64,000 nt of DNA from Candidatus Rifleibacteriota bacterium (GTDB taxonomy: Bacteria; Muiribacteriota; Ozemobacteria; Ozemobacterales; Ozemobacteraceae). Of this stretch, positions 54,250 to 64,000 are shown one piece after another. Location of the stretch: the NCBI GenBank assembly GCA_024710355.1, contig JANJUX010000055.1, positions 34,248-98,247 on the forward strand, read 5' to 3'. The stretch's first letter is position 1, and every line of letters begins with the position of its first letter. The translations under genes were made by a program, and so were the position numbers. Below the pieces are notes generated by a model that was given only the letters and a program-made list of their open reading frames with translations, did no database searches and was not told where the DNA came from.

Positions 54250-54741
54250 ATGAATACTACGCAGAATGCCTCGACAAGACAGCCGGTGCAGCCGGTGTTT
54301 CGCCTGGCGGTGCGCTGTCTTTGCGTGCGCGCTGGCAGAGTGCTGCTGGTTCGCCATGTTTCGGCGAATTCAGGCAGAGAATTCTGGACATTCCCCGGCG
54401 GCCTGGTCGAGAAGGGTGAGTCACTGCATACCGCTGCCTGCCGTGAACTGACAGAAGAAACCGGCCTCAACGGAACACCCGCAGGCATTTTGGCACTTTA
54501 CGAATTTTCTCAGAACAATCTGATCGAAGTAGTGATCGCCTTTCCAGATCTGCATGGCGAAGCCGTTCTTGGCCATGATCCGGAATTATCCCCCGATGAA
54601 CCAAAGAGGCTTCAGGGGCTGCAGTGGTTTGCTGTCAGCGAGATTCCGGAAATGCCGCAGAAAAACCTGATTGAATGTTATCTTTCTGACCCTGCAGCAG
54701 CGCCGGTTATTAACCTGCCTTTTCAGATTCGCTGTGATTGA
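54250..54741 (+). CDS. NUDIX hydrolase
   Basis: Nudix box GGLVEKGESLHTAACRELTEETGL. Confidence 0.92.
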   Translation: MNTTQNASTRQPVQPVFRLAVRCLCVRAGRVLLVRHVSANSGREFWTFPGGLVEKGESLHTAACRELTEETGLNGTPAGILALYEFSQNNLIEVVIAFPDLHGEAVLGHDPELSPDEPKRLQGLQWFAVSEIPEMPQKNLIECYLSDPAAAPVINLPFQIRCD

Positions 54742-54762
54742 TCGGCCATTCCATAGAGCATG

Positions 54763-54794
54763 AAGAAAAGGGGCCCGGAAAATCCCCGGGCCCC
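54763..54794 (-). terminator. Rho-independent terminator of the TonB-dependent receptor gene
   Basis: GGGGCCCGG / CCGGGCCCC stem followed by TTTTCTT on the minus strand. Confidence 0.75.
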
Positions 54795-54817
54795 GAACAC
54801 AGATTACCGTAAACGGA

Positions 54818-56788
54818 TCAGCGAAATTTGAGTTCCATACCAAGAGTCACGAGGCGGCCGGGTTCATAGTTGATCGGGCCGCTCTGGTTGAGGTTAATAC
54901 TGCCATTCTTGGCGAAGGCGGCTTTACCGGTCGCCTGGCTCAGCTGAACATCATCCTGATCGGTCAGGTTTTCGACATTCAGATAAATTGCCAGATCCTT
55001 GGTGGCCTGCTGCCTGATGCTGAGATCAAACATGGTCGAGGCATCGACTTTCGGGTAGGTGTTGCCAATCGCTTCGGTTTCACCCTGATGCGACATGGTC
55101 AGCATGGCGCTGAGCTTGTTATAGCTGTAGGTGGTGCCGGCGACCGCACGAAATTCTGGCTTGCTGACCAGTCTGAGATTGTCGGTTTTGTTCTCGGCCT
55201 TGTTGAAGTCGGTGTAGCCGGCCCAGATATCGAATTTGTCATTGATTTTACCGTTAACTGAGAGCTCGATTCCAGAGATTTCAGCTTTTTTGATATTCTG
55301 AAACTTGTTGTTTGCATCTGCTTCGATGTAATTTTCGATGTCTGAATCGAACCAGGCGAGCGATGCCTGCCACTTTTCGTTGAATTTGTGATTCAGTCTG
55401 AGTTCGAGGTTGTCGATATCTTCGGCTTTGAGGTCAGGGTTGCCTCGGCCATTGCTGCGATAGAGTTCCTGCATGTTGGGGTTTCTGATAAGGCGGCTGA
55501 GGCTCAGGCCGGCGCTGGTATTGTCGGTGATTGCATAATTTGAGCCCAGTGCCCACGAAAATTCCGCATCGCCTTCATAGTCGGTATCAGAACGACCGGT
55601 AATGTTCAGGTCGAGCTTGTCGTTGGCCTTGATCGCATCACTGACGAACCAGCCGGTAGTGTCGACTTTTTTTCTGTTACCGGTGTCGAAGCCGTGGCCG
55701 ATATCTTCGATTTCCTGTTTGATAGCGCCGACTGTTACAAAATTGCGGTCGTTGGCCTCGACGTTGTAAAGAAGTTCTATGGTGTCCATTTTAACGAGAA
55801 CATCGCCGTTGGCGTTCAGATTGCCGGCCTGAAGTTCTTTATCGCCAGGGTAGGCCCAGGTTGATGAAAAATCTTTGTATTTGGCGTAGCGCAGTGTCAG
55901 GTTGCCGTTGTCGCCAAAGTCTTTTTCGACCGTATAGTCATACAAAGACATGTTCCATGGTTCGAATCTTTCGTAGAACGACGGGCACGAAATAGAACCC
56001 TGATTTTCAAGAATCGTTGCCTTGATGGTCCAGTCGTTTTCAAGTTCCAGTTTGCCGCGATAAAGAAAGGCGCGGCTGTCGTTGCGGTTGTTGACAGTGC
56101 CGAGATTCACCGCCGATTTGGGGTTGGTTTTATTGGCAGCGTCGTTGAAGTTGCTGAAATCTTTAAAGCGTCTGTCGCCATTGTATTCGTCCATGAACAG
56201 GGCGAACAGATGCTCGCTTTTCTCTGAAACATGGCCGTAGATATATTCCTGGTGCCTTTTGCCGTCGCCGCCGACCTCCTGAGTGATGGTGAAGTTTTCG
56301 AGGTCGCTGGCGGTAGGCAACACGAAGTTGACAGCCCCGGCAACGCTGTTGGCGCCATAAACCAGCCCGGCTCCACCGGGAACGACGGTAATTTTCTGCA
56401 GCCGATTCATCGGAAACCCGGAAAGCGGCGAAGTGCCGTTCCAGCCGGTGTTGATCGGGCAGCCGTCGAGGGTTATCGCCATATATTTGCCGCCAAAGCC
56501 GCGATATGAAGGGGTGATTGTCGCGCCACGCAAACCGCCGTCAAAAACGACTGAAGAATTGGGTGACTGCAGCATTTTTATCGGGTTGCGCTGCAGTTTC
56601 AGTTCAATGGCCGATGACGCGATTTCATCCTGCGGTCTGGCAATAGATGCCTGGTAAGTAGCACGCTCGGCATCGATATTCAGATCAGACAGTTTGTAAG
56701 TCCGCTCTTCTGAATATCCGGCGACTGCGCCGGCCATAATGAAGATCGCCATAAGAGCACGTAATGACGGTGAAAATCTCTTTCTCAT
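54818..56788 (-). CDS. TonB-dependent outer membrane receptor
   Basis: Signal peptide. Plug motifs SYRGFG, ITLDGCPIN and GLVYGANSVAGAVNFV. GNPDLKAE, VENLTD and PGRLVTLGMELKFR terminus. Confidence 0.92.
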   Translation of the reverse strand: MRKRFSPSLRALMAIFIMAGAVAGYSEERTYKLSDLNIDAERATYQASIARPQDEIASSAIELKLQRNPIKMLQSPNSSVVFDGGLRGATITPSYRGFGGKYMAITLDGCPINTGWNGTSPLSGFPMNRLQKITVVPGGAGLVYGANSVAGAVNFVLPTASDLENFTITQEVGGDGKRHQEYIYGHVSEKSEHLFALFMDEYNGDRRFKDFSNFNDAANKTNPKSAVNLGTVNNRNDSRAFLYRGKLELENDWTIKATILENQGSISCPSFYERFEPWNMSLYDYTVEKDFGDNGNLTLRYAKYKDFSSTWAYPGDKELQAGNLNANGDVLVKMDTIELLYNVEANDRNFVTVGAIKQEIEDIGHGFDTGNRKKVDTTGWFVSDAIKANDKLDLNITGRSDTDYEGDAEFSWALGSNYAITDNTSAGLSLSRLIRNPNMQELYRSNGRGNPDLKAEDIDNLELRLNHKFNEKWQASLAWFDSDIENYIEADANNKFQNIKKAEISGIELSVNGKINDKFDIWAGYTDFNKAENKTDNLRLVSKPEFRAVAGTTYSYNKLSAMLTMSHQGETEAIGNTYPKVDASTMFDLSIRQQATKDLAIYLNVENLTDQDDVQLSQATGKAAFAKNGSINLNQSGPINYEPGRLVTLGMELKFR

Positions 56789-56981
56789 GTAAAACCTCAT
56801 TTTTGGGAATTCATGTTTTAAGAGATTTTATGCAATTATGTGATACTTGGCAAGATGAAAAATATTTTTACACGAATGTAGTAGTTTAAAGTAGTGATAT
56901 GTGTGTTGATAACTGCAAAGCAAAAGCAGCCCGACTGATAGACCGGACTGACGAACCTGTTCAACTTTGTTTGTGAGGTGA

Positions 56982-58043
56982 TTAATGACTGTCGAAGCCG
57001 CTGCCGGCATGGGCAAACGGGCGCCCGTAAAGCATTCTGCAGAAATTTTCGTGTTCTGTCTTGAGATCGATATCGGCAAAGCGCTCAGGGTAGAATTTTT
57101 TGGCCAGCCAGAGAATGCCGACCGGTGAGTAGGTAGAAAGAAACCAGTTGGTTACCCAGGCCTGGCGGTCGTCAGCCGGGGTTTTATAAACGCGGCCCTC
57201 TTTGACTGCCCTGAGAGAACCCCACCAGGAAGCTTTATAAAAAATATCATTTTTGGCATCATCGATTATCAGGTCGGGATCAAAAGCAAAAAGCAGTTCG
57301 GCGCACCCGGCCGAATCTGCCGGGTCATCGCCTGAATCCATAAGCCGGCCACCGGCCAGACGGATCAGGTTGAGCCCGTAGGTTGTGCGGCTGCCGCGCA
57401 GCACCATCTGATTGCCGCTGGTGTTGATCATGGCAACTTTCGGCCGCTTCTCAACCGGAATATCTGCTGTTCTTGAGCTGACCAGATCCAGTTTCTCTCT
57501 GAAAAATGCTGTATATTTTTCGGCCCGTTCTTTGCTGCCGGTTACCTCGGCCAGCTTTGCAACTGATTCCAGCCACTCGTCGACTGTTCCGAAGCCTGCG
57601 TGCAGCGTCACCGTCTTTATGCCATGCTGTTCGAGTGATCGGGTCAGATTGCCTGAGTATGAAAAATCCAGCGAGGCGACCGCAAGATCGGGCCGGGCAC
57701 GCAGAATGGTTTCGATGTTGGGCATACCGACCTGGCCGGTATCTGCAACATCGCTGAAAGACGGGGAAAAAGTGCTGTAAAATGCTTCGAGTTTGCTGTC
57801 GGCGATTCCTGCCGGCCTTCTCGGCAGGCAGACGACTTTGTCGGTGAGGTCGAGAATGAAAAAGAGCCCGATCGCCTGCGGGTAGAGCAGCGCGATTCTG
57901 CCGGGGTGAGATGCGACAGCCGTTTCAGTGTTGCTGGTTGTTGCGTCCGCAGCTGCTGTCGTGGCGGCGAAAACCCAGTCTGCAGCAAAGAATGAGATGA
58001 TCAATGTCAGAACTATTATGATGGTTCTGATTCGACGCGGCAT
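56982..58043 (-). CDS. FecB/BtuF-type ABC substrate-binding protein
   Basis: Signal peptide, PNIETILRARPDL, WGSLRAVKEGRVY and WLAKKFYPERF motifs. Confidence 0.9.
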   Translation of the reverse strand: MPRRIRTIIIVLTLIISFFAADWVFAATTAAADATTSNTETAVASHPGRIALLYPQAIGLFFILDLTDKVVCLPRRPAGIADSKLEAFYSTFSPSFSDVADTGQVGMPNIETILRARPDLAVASLDFSYSGNLTRSLEQHGIKTVTLHAGFGTVDEWLESVAKLAEVTGSKERAEKYTAFFREKLDLVSSRTADIPVEKRPKVAMINTSGNQMVLRGSRTTYGLNLIRLAGGRLMDSGDDPADSAGCAELLFAFDPDLIIDDAKNDIFYKASWWGSLRAVKEGRVYKTPADDRQAWVTNWFLSTYSPVGILWLAKKFYPERFADIDLKTEHENFCRMLYGRPFAHAGSGFDSH

Positions 58044-58160
58044 GACAACAACCTCCAGATTTTTAAAGACCTGCTCAGCTAAAAATTATGTACATAAAAT
58101 AGCACAAAGTATATCGAATGTGTTAAGGTGGTAAAAAGTTTAACGGAGAACGGCTTCTGT

Positions 58161-59177
58161 ATGCGTCGACTCGGGATCTTTTTCATCTGCTGCACAGTTT
58201 TGATCATTGCCGTCGCTTTATCTCTCAATCTGGGCAATTTTCGTATTCCTGTGGCTCAGGTTTTCAGGATCATTTCGGCAAAACTTTTTAATACGGCGAT
58301 GCCCGAAATCGAAAAATACCAGGATGTCGTGCTGCTTTCGCTCAGATTGCCGCGCATAATCATGGTTCTGCTGATCGGGTCGTCGCTTGGTATTTCTGGA
58401 GCGGTTTCGCAGGGGATTTTCCGCAACCCGCTCGTCAGCCCGTTCATTCTCGGCATTTCATCCGGGGCCTCTTTTGGTGCCGGCGTGGCAATGATATTCT
58501 TTTCGGGCCTGCCATTCATGGTTGACCTGGGCGCTGCAATTGGCGGCTTCGGGGCCGTGCTGGCGGCATTTTTGATCGCCCGCAGTCCCGGTGGTTTCAC
58601 GCCGCGCCTCTCGCTTGTTCTCAGCGGCGTCATTGTCTCGTCTTTTTTCACCTCGATGGTTGGCATTATTAAATACCTCGCCGACAGCGACTCGCAGCTG
58701 CCGGCGCTGACTTTCTGGATGATGGGCAGCTTCGCCTCGATCGACTGGGCCAGTCTCGACCCGGTCATCTACATAATTCCGCTGTGCATGCTGCCGATGG
58801 TGATTTTTTCGTGGTATCTCAACATTCTTTCGCTGGGCGATCGCGAAGCCATGCTGCTCGGCATGAATGTCGAAAGATGGAAAATGTTTTTCATCGCTCT
58901 GGTGGTTATCGCGATTGGCTCCGGCGTCGCCCGTTGTGGCGTCATCGGCTGGGTCGGGCTCGTCATTCCGCATATCGCCAGGGCGATCAGTGGCCCGAAT
59001 CACAGAGATGTCGTGCCGTTGTCGGCGTTTCTCGGGGCGATCTTTCTGCTGATTGCCGATAATCTGGCGCGTTCAGCGACTTCGGGCGAAATTCCGGTCG
59101 GCATCGTCACCGCCATTATCGGCACGCCCTTCTTCGTCTACTTTCTGCGCAAACGCGAGGTGGCCCTATGGAACTGA
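58161..59177 (+). CDS. FecCD/BtuC family ABC permease
   Basis: LRLPRI, QGIFRNPLVSPFILGISSGA, GDREAMLLG and IGWVGLVIPHIAR motifs. Confidence 0.95.
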   Translation: MRRLGIFFICCTVLIIAVALSLNLGNFRIPVAQVFRIISAKLFNTAMPEIEKYQDVVLLSLRLPRIIMVLLIGSSLGISGAVSQGIFRNPLVSPFILGISSGASFGAGVAMIFFSGLPFMVDLGAAIGGFGAVLAAFLIARSPGGFTPRLSLVLSGVIVSSFFTSMVGIIKYLADSDSQLPALTFWMMGSFASIDWASLDPVIYIIPLCMLPMVIFSWYLNILSLGDREAMLLGMNVERWKMFFIALVVIAIGSGVARCGVIGWVGLVIPHIARAISGPNHRDVVPLSAFLGAIFLLIADNLARSATSGEIPVGIVTAIIGTPFFVYFLRKREVALWN

Positions 59178-59962
59178 ATCGCCCGGCGATCAGCCTCGAA
59201 GACCTGCATTTTTCATACATTTCTGACCAGCCGGTACTGAAGGGCATAAATCTGAGCGTCAAAGTCGGGGAAAAAGTCGCCGTGCTCGGGCGCAATGGCG
59301 CGGGCAAGACCACTCTTTTCAGCATTCTGTCAGGCATAAACCATGGCTATCAGGGAAAAGTGACCCTTGCCGGGCGCGAACTCAAACAGATGAGCCGGGC
59401 CGGGATTTCGCAGCAGGTGGCGCTGGTGCCGCAGAAGCACGAGCCGCTTTTTCCCTATCTGACCAGAGATTTTATTCTGATGGGGCGCTTCTGCAGCATG
59501 GGCCTGTTCGGCTCACCGGGCAGCGAAGACCTGAAAATTGTCGAGGAAGCAGCCGCCGAGACCGGTGCGGCGCCTTTTCTCGATCGGCCATACTCAACCC
59601 TGTCGGGCGGCGAAATGCAGCTGGTGCTGATTGCCAGAGCCCTGGCGCAGCAGTCTGAGATTCTCGTGCTTGATGAGCCGAACACGCATCTCGATTACCG
59701 CAATCGCTTTCTCGTGCTAGATCTGGTGCGCAAACTCGCTGAGGCCCGGCAGATGACGCTGATCATGTCGCTGCATGACCCGAACGACGTCATTCAATTT
59801 GCCGAACGGGTTGTCGTGATGCACGAAGGGCGCATCGTGGCCGATGGCCGGCCGGTTGAGGTTATCGATGAGGCGCTGCTGGCTGAATATTTCGGAATCA
59901 GGGCGGTGGCAATGAAAAATGCTGCCGGCAATCTGATCTTTAAGGCAGTCGAGGCCCTTTGA
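59168..59962 (+). CDS. FecE/BtuD-type ABC ATP-binding protein
   Basis: GRNGAGKTT, LSGGEMQLVLIARALAQ, LDEP and SLHD motifs. Confidence 0.95.
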   Translation: MELNRPAISLEDLHFSYISDQPVLKGINLSVKVGEKVAVLGRNGAGKTTLFSILSGINHGYQGKVTLAGRELKQMSRAGISQQVALVPQKHEPLFPYLTRDFILMGRFCSMGLFGSPGSEDLKIVEEAAAETGAAPFLDRPYSTLSGGEMQLVLIARALAQQSEILVLDEPNTHLDYRNRFLVLDLVRKLAEARQMTLIMSLHDPNDVIQFAERVVVMHEGRIVADGRPVEVIDEALLAEYFGIRAVAMKNAAGNLIFKAVEAL

Positions 59963-59992
59963 GGGCTGATTTAAATTTCTTGAGGAAATATC

Positions 59993-60850
59993 ATGACGGG
60001 TTTTTCTGTAAACATCGACTGGGAAGCAATCTATAATCAGCCATGGGTGAGCAGTTCAGGCGGCGCCGGCGTCAAGGCGACTGCCGAATACTGGAGCAGC
60101 AGAGCCGAAGGGTTCGCCAGAAAGGCGCATCACCCGAAAAACCGCCAGAACTCGGAGCAACTGCTCGATCGTTTCGTCTGGTCGAAAAGTGAAACGGTTC
60201 TCGACATCGGGGCCGGCCCGGGAAGCTACGCTGTTCCTCTCGCGAAGAGGGTCGGCAGCGTTACGGCTCTCGACGTGTCGGCCGGTATGCTCGACCAGTT
60301 GCAGCAGTGGGCCAGAGTCGAGGGTGTCAGCAATATCACCACGATTACCGATTCATGGCTCGGGGTGCCTGAAGAGCAGGTCAGCGGCTTCGATACGCTG
60401 ATATGTTTCAATGCGCTTGGCTGCGCTGCGCTGCTCGAAGACGGAACCTGCCACATGGGCCGGGCACTCGCAAAAATGGCCGGGGCGGCCAGACGGGGTT
60501 TTACTCTCGTTCCGCTCGCCGACCTGCCGGTCGACAGGCCCATGCTGCAGGCGCTTGAGATGCCATTTACCGCCAGCCGGCGTGAAAGGGTTGCCCTGCT
60601 GTTTCATATCATGGTCAAAGCGGGACTGCTTCCCGATGTCGAAATTCTCGCGCGCCCGTTTTTCTGGGCTTTCGAAAGTCTCGAAGAGGGCGTTGAACTG
60701 CTCGCCGCGCGCATCGGCATTCAGGATGATGGCCACCGCCGTTCCCTGCTCTTAAAATATCTTGAGACCCAGGTAGAAAAGGTCGACAGCACCCTGATTC
60801 TGCAATACCCGGTGCACCAGGCCCTGTTCAAGTGGCAAAAGGAAGAATAG
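59993..60850 (+). CDS. Class I SAM-dependent methyltransferase associated with the metal-chelate ABC importer
   Basis: YWSSRAEGF and VLDIGAGPGS..PLAKRV..VTALDVSAGML motifs. Confidence 0.9.
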   Translation: MTGFSVNIDWEAIYNQPWVSSSGGAGVKATAEYWSSRAEGFARKAHHPKNRQNSEQLLDRFVWSKSETVLDIGAGPGSYAVPLAKRVGSVTALDVSAGMLDQLQQWARVEGVSNITTITDSWLGVPEEQVSGFDTLICFNALGCAALLEDGTCHMGRALAKMAGAARRGFTLVPLADLPVDRPMLQALEMPFTASRRERVALLFHIMVKAGLLPDVEILARPFFWAFESLEEGVELLAARIGIQDDGHRRSLLLKYLETQVEKVDSTLILQYPVHQALFKWQKEE

Positions 60851-60940
60851 CTCGGCTCTGATCGCTGTTCATATTGTCAGCTTTCACATACTTTTAATAT
60901 GCGGCCTATGATCGGGGTAGGTGAGCGGGCAATACGGCTG

Positions 60941-60969
60941 TAGACAAATCACAGCCGGTGCATTAGAAT
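60941..60969 (+). promoter_or_regulatory. sigma70 promoter of the dap operon
   Basis: TAGACA-17bp-TAGAAT, ending 8 nt before ATG 60978. Confidence 0.6.
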
Positions 60970-60977
60970 CTGTGGAT

Positions 60978-62012
60978 ATGCCGAAACAGATCAGTTCAGC
61001 TGCAAAAAACACTCCACAACTTGCCGACCTCGCTCTCAGTCTGGTGCGCATTCCCTCAGAAAGCGGCCACGAAGCCGAAGTCGCCCGCTTCATCGAAGCA
61101 CTGGCGGTGAGCCACGGCTTTGTCTGTGAGCACATTGTGGTTGAAGAAAACCGCTGGAACCTTCTCATCACAACGGGCAGATACCCCCAGACGCTGCTCA
61201 CCACGCACATCGATACCGTGCCGGGCGGGCCCGCGCCGCGCATCGAAAACGGTATTCTGTGGGGCCGCGGCTCCTGTGATGCCAAGGGAATCGCCGCCGC
61301 CATGTTCTGTGCCCTGTGCGATCTGCGAAGTGCCGGCCGGCTCGATGTCGGGCTGCTTCTTGTCGTGGGCGAAGAAACCCGCAGCGACGGCGCCAAAGCT
61401 GCCGCAAAAAAGCTGGCCCCGGTAAAACGTTTTATCAACGGTGAACCCACCGAACTTCAGTTCGTTTCGGGGCAGAAGGGCGTGCTCAAATTTTCTCTCA
61501 GAACCACTGGAAAATGCGCCCATTCCGGCTACCCGGAGCTTGGCCACTCTGCCATTCATACACTTCTCGATGTTCTGCAGAAACTGCTCGCCGAGGCGTG
61601 GCCCTGCGACGCGCGCCTGGGCAAAACACTCGTCAATGTCGGTGTCATTGAAGGCGGCATTGCAGCCAACGTGACGGCACCGAGCGCCGGTGCGCAGATC
61701 ATAATGCGGCTTGCCGCAAGTGCCGAACAGACCGAAGAGCGGGTGCGCAGCCTGTTGCCACCCAATGTTACTATTGATATCGAGTCCATATCACACCCGC
61801 AGTTTCTGAACGTGCCCCCAGGCGAAAAAAGCATTGTGGTGGGCTACGGTTCAGATGTTCCGCATCTGCGCCCGCTGGGCGAGCCACTGATGTATGGCCC
61901 GGGCAGCATCCATGTGGCGCATACCGATCACGAGCACGTTTCCCTGGCAGACCTGGAAACGGCGCGACAAAAATACATTCAACTCTGCCTCGAAGAAAGC
62001 GCAATATCATGA
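60978..62012 (+). CDS. M20 family metallo-hydrolase (DapE/ArgE-like), probable succinyl-DAP desuccinylase
   Basis: [32 protein letters not shown] and AHTDHE motifs. Overlaps the dapD start. Confidence 0.85.
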   Translation: MPKQISSAAKNTPQLADLALSLVRIPSESGHEAEVARFIEALAVSHGFVCEHIVVEENRWNLLITTGRYPQTLLTTHIDTVPGGPAPRIENGILWGRGSCDAKGIAAAMFCALCDLRSAGRLDVGLLLVVGEETRSDGAKAAAKKLAPVKRFINGEPTELQFVSGQKGVLKFSLRTTGKCAHSGYPELGHSAIHTLLDVLQKLLAEAWPCDARLGKTLVNVGVIEGGIAANVTAPSAGAQIIMRLAASAEQTEERVRSLLPPNVTIDIESISHPQFLNVPPGEKSIVVGYGSDVPHLRPLGEPLMYGPGSIHVAHTDHEHVSLADLETARQKYIQLCLEESAIS

Positions 62013-62860
62013 AAAATTCTCTGCAGTCTAAAATCGAAACCGCCGTACAGGTCGGTTCAACCCTTTCCGATGCCGAAAAAAGATCCGTATTTCTCGAACT
62101 CCGCAGTGCCCTCGAAAGCGGCGAAGTTCGCTCGGCCGAGTGCGTAAACGGCATCTGGCAGGCAAACGCCTTTGTGAAACAGGGAATTCTGCTAGGTTTC
62201 CGTATCGGGGTTATGCAGCAGTTCGCTGATATTTCCGGTCTCGGGAGCTTTCTCGACAAAGACACCGTGCCGCCCCGCCAGTTTGCAACTGATGAAGGCG
62301 TGCGCGTCGTGCCGGGCGGCAGCAGTGTGCGCCGAGGCTCGTTTGTCGCCAGGGGTGTAACCATCATGCCGCCGGCATTCATCAACATTGGCGCCTACGT
62401 CGATGCCGATACCATGGTTGATTCACACGCCCTGGTCGGCAGTTGTGCGCAGATCGGCAAGCGCGTTCACCTTTCGGCGGCCGCCCAGATCGGCGGCGTT
62501 CTCGAGCCCGTTGGCGCGCTTCCTGTCATTATCGAGGATGATGTCATGGTGGGCGGCAACTGCGGCGTCTACGAGGGTGTAATCGTGCGTGCTGGCGTTG
62601 TTCTTGCATCAGGCACGATTCTCAACGCATCCACCGCCGTTTACGATCTGGTGAACGAAAAGGTTTACCGCGCCAGCGAAAACGCGCCGCTCGAAATTCC
62701 CGCCGGCGCTGTGGTGATACCCGGCGTGCGTATGGCCAAGGGCAAATTTGCCCAGGAAAACGGCCTCGGCATTATGAGCCCGATGATCGTTAAATACCGC
62801 GACGCCAAAACCAACGCCCGCACCGCTCTCGAAGTAGCGCTTCGCCATGCTGCCGACTGA
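62009..62860 (+). CDS. dapD: Tetrahydrodipicolinate N-succinyltransferase
   Basis: [29 protein letters not shown] and [25 protein letters not shown] motifs. Confidence 0.95.
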   Translation: MKNSLQSKIETAVQVGSTLSDAEKRSVFLELRSALESGEVRSAECVNGIWQANAFVKQGILLGFRIGVMQQFADISGLGSFLDKDTVPPRQFATDEGVRVVPGGSSVRRGSFVARGVTIMPPAFINIGAYVDADTMVDSHALVGSCAQIGKRVHLSAAAQIGGVLEPVGALPVIIEDDVMVGGNCGVYEGVIVRAGVVLASGTILNASTAVYDLVNEKVYRASENAPLEIPAGAVVIPGVRMAKGKFAQENGLGIMSPMIVKYRDAKTNARTALEVALRHAAD

Positions 62861-64000
62861 TGCCTTTTCGATGCGCATTGGCACGATGCGCCAGTCGCTC
62901 ATTCGCAAAGTTTTCGACTGCAAGAAAAGCACTTCCATCAATCTTGGCCTCGGGCAGCCCTCAGAAAATGTACCAGCCGAAATTATCGATGAAGGCATGC
63001 GGCGCCTGAAGCAGGGTGACATGGGCTACACGGCGAATGCCGGCATGCTGTCGCTGCGCGATATAATCGCCCGTTCGCACAACCTGCCTTTTGCCGGTTC
63101 CGCCGAAAATGTTGTCGTCACCTGCGGTGCCCAGGAAGCGATTCTGGCAGCCATGGCCGCCTGTCTCGATGCGGGCGACGAAGTGATTGTCGGCGATCCG
63201 GCGTTTCCCGGCTACGCCATGGCGGCTGAATTTCTCGGTGCACGCGTCGTTACGGCGCCGCGTTTTGAAGCTGAAGGTTTTCGCCTGAATACCGCGGCGC
63301 TTGCCGAAAAAATCACCTCGCGCACACGCCTGGTGGTTCTGAATTCCCCCGGCAATCCAACCGGCAAGTGCGATGCCGAAGCCGAGCTTAAGACCCTTGC
63401 CGAACTCGCCGACCGGCACAATTTTTACATTTTATCCGACGAAATTTACTCTGACATTCTCTATATCCCGAGCGCGATGCCTTCGGCCACGCAGTTTTCG
63501 AGCCGCGCCATTCTGGTGAGCGGCCTTTCGAAAAACGTCGCCATGACCGGTTTCCGCCTGGGTTACCTGATTGCTCCCAATAAGCTGGCCGGGTCGCTTA
63601 CGCGTTCGCATGCCGTTCTCACCACCTGTGCGCCCACGCTTTCACAATACATGGCCGCGTATGTTTTTGAGAACCCGCGGCTGCGAAAAGTGCATCTGCC
63701 GCTTTACACCGAGCGCCGTGCGAATGCCATAAACGCTCTGAACGCCAATTTGCCGCACCTGCCTCACACAACGCCCGATGGTGCCTTCTACATTCTGCTC
63801 AACTGCGCCGGGTTCACCAGCGACTCACTCGATCTTGCCCTGAAGATTCTCGAGCAGACCGACGTTCTCACGACGCCCGGCCTGGCTTTCGGCGAAAGCA
63901 CGCGCCAGTGGCTGCGCCTCTCTTTTGCCGGCACGCCCGCAAATTTTACCACCGGCATCGAGCGCCTGGCCCCGTTCTTTAAAAATCAGACCGCCGCCTG
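62847..64000 (+). CDS. PLP-dependent aminotransferase class I/II (DapC-like by context); final codon cut by the window edge
   Basis: Not in the ORF track; manual translation from ATG 62847 gives [37 protein letters not shown] and [13 protein letters not shown]. The window ends in-frame at TG. Confidence 0.92.
   Translation, partial: MLPTDAFSMRIGTMRQSLIRKVFDCKKSTSINLGLGQPSENVPAEIIDEGMRRLKQGDMGYTANAGMLSLRDIIARSHNLPFAGSAENVVVTCGAQEAILAAMAACLDAGDEVIVGDPAFPGYAMAAEFLGARVVTAPRFEAEGFRLNTAALAEKITSRTRLVVLNSPGNPTGKCDAEAELKTLAELADRHNFYILSDEIYSDILYIPSAMPSATQFSSRAILVSGLSKNVAMTGFRLGYLIAPNKLAGSLTRSHAVLTTCAPTLSQYMAAYVFENPRLRKVHLPLYTERRANAINALNANLPHLPHTTPDGAFYILLNCAGFTSDSLDLALKILEQTDVLTTPGLAFGESTRQWLRLSFAGTPANFTTGIERLAPFFKNQTAA

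Noticed and set aside
54086..54250. Cobalamin riboswitch suggested by GAGCCAGGAG
   Set aside because: Lacks the GGGAA..GGTG.AA.TCC and GCCACTG core. No B12 element was seen upstream of the receptor or ABC genes either.
60850..60978. Lysine riboswitch upstream of the dap operon
   Set aside because: Too short, no conserved AGAGG..CTAC elements, and the promoter sits directly before the start codon.

Overview
A 64 kb gene-dense chromosomal segment from a diderm (TonB/ExbBD-encoding), probably anaerobic bacterium. The style of the hypothetical proteins recalls Ca. Riflebacteria, but no marker gene confirms this. From left to right: (1) a Pfa-type PUFA/PKS locus (5' part of a KS-AT megasynthase, pfaD, PPTase) interrupted by a cupin and by a signal-peptide-bearing, animal-PADI-type protein-arginine deiminase with an intact catalytic tetrad. 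(2) Housekeeping and transport genes, including a CPA1/NHA-type antiporter preceded by a complete promoter, fluoride riboswitch and terminator. (3) An AT-richer accessory block: a frameshifted Rpn nuclease, two convergent membrane proteins sharing an unusual HEAT-repeat module, and VapBC. (4) A run of secreted proteins: an HExxH metallopeptidase, a TIMP-like OB-fold protein, a TPR protein and a 1077-aa coiled-coil/PKD protein. (5) A Tim44/TerB protein, hybrid kinase, photolyase, YtrA-type ABC operon, DUF4143 ATPase with palindromic upstream repeats, and an orphan GspE/PilB ATPase. (6) A roughly 15 kb metal/cofactor acquisition island: Cys-rich MacB-type ABC, DUF364, ABC ATPase, HypB/UreG-like GTPase, ExbBD-TonB, a TonB-dependent receptor, a FecCD-type ABC importer and a methyltransferase. 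(7) A dapE-like/dapD/aminotransferase operon running off the right edge. I saw no rRNA, tRNA, CRISPR array or intact IS. All calls are from motif recognition by eye; no database searches were run.
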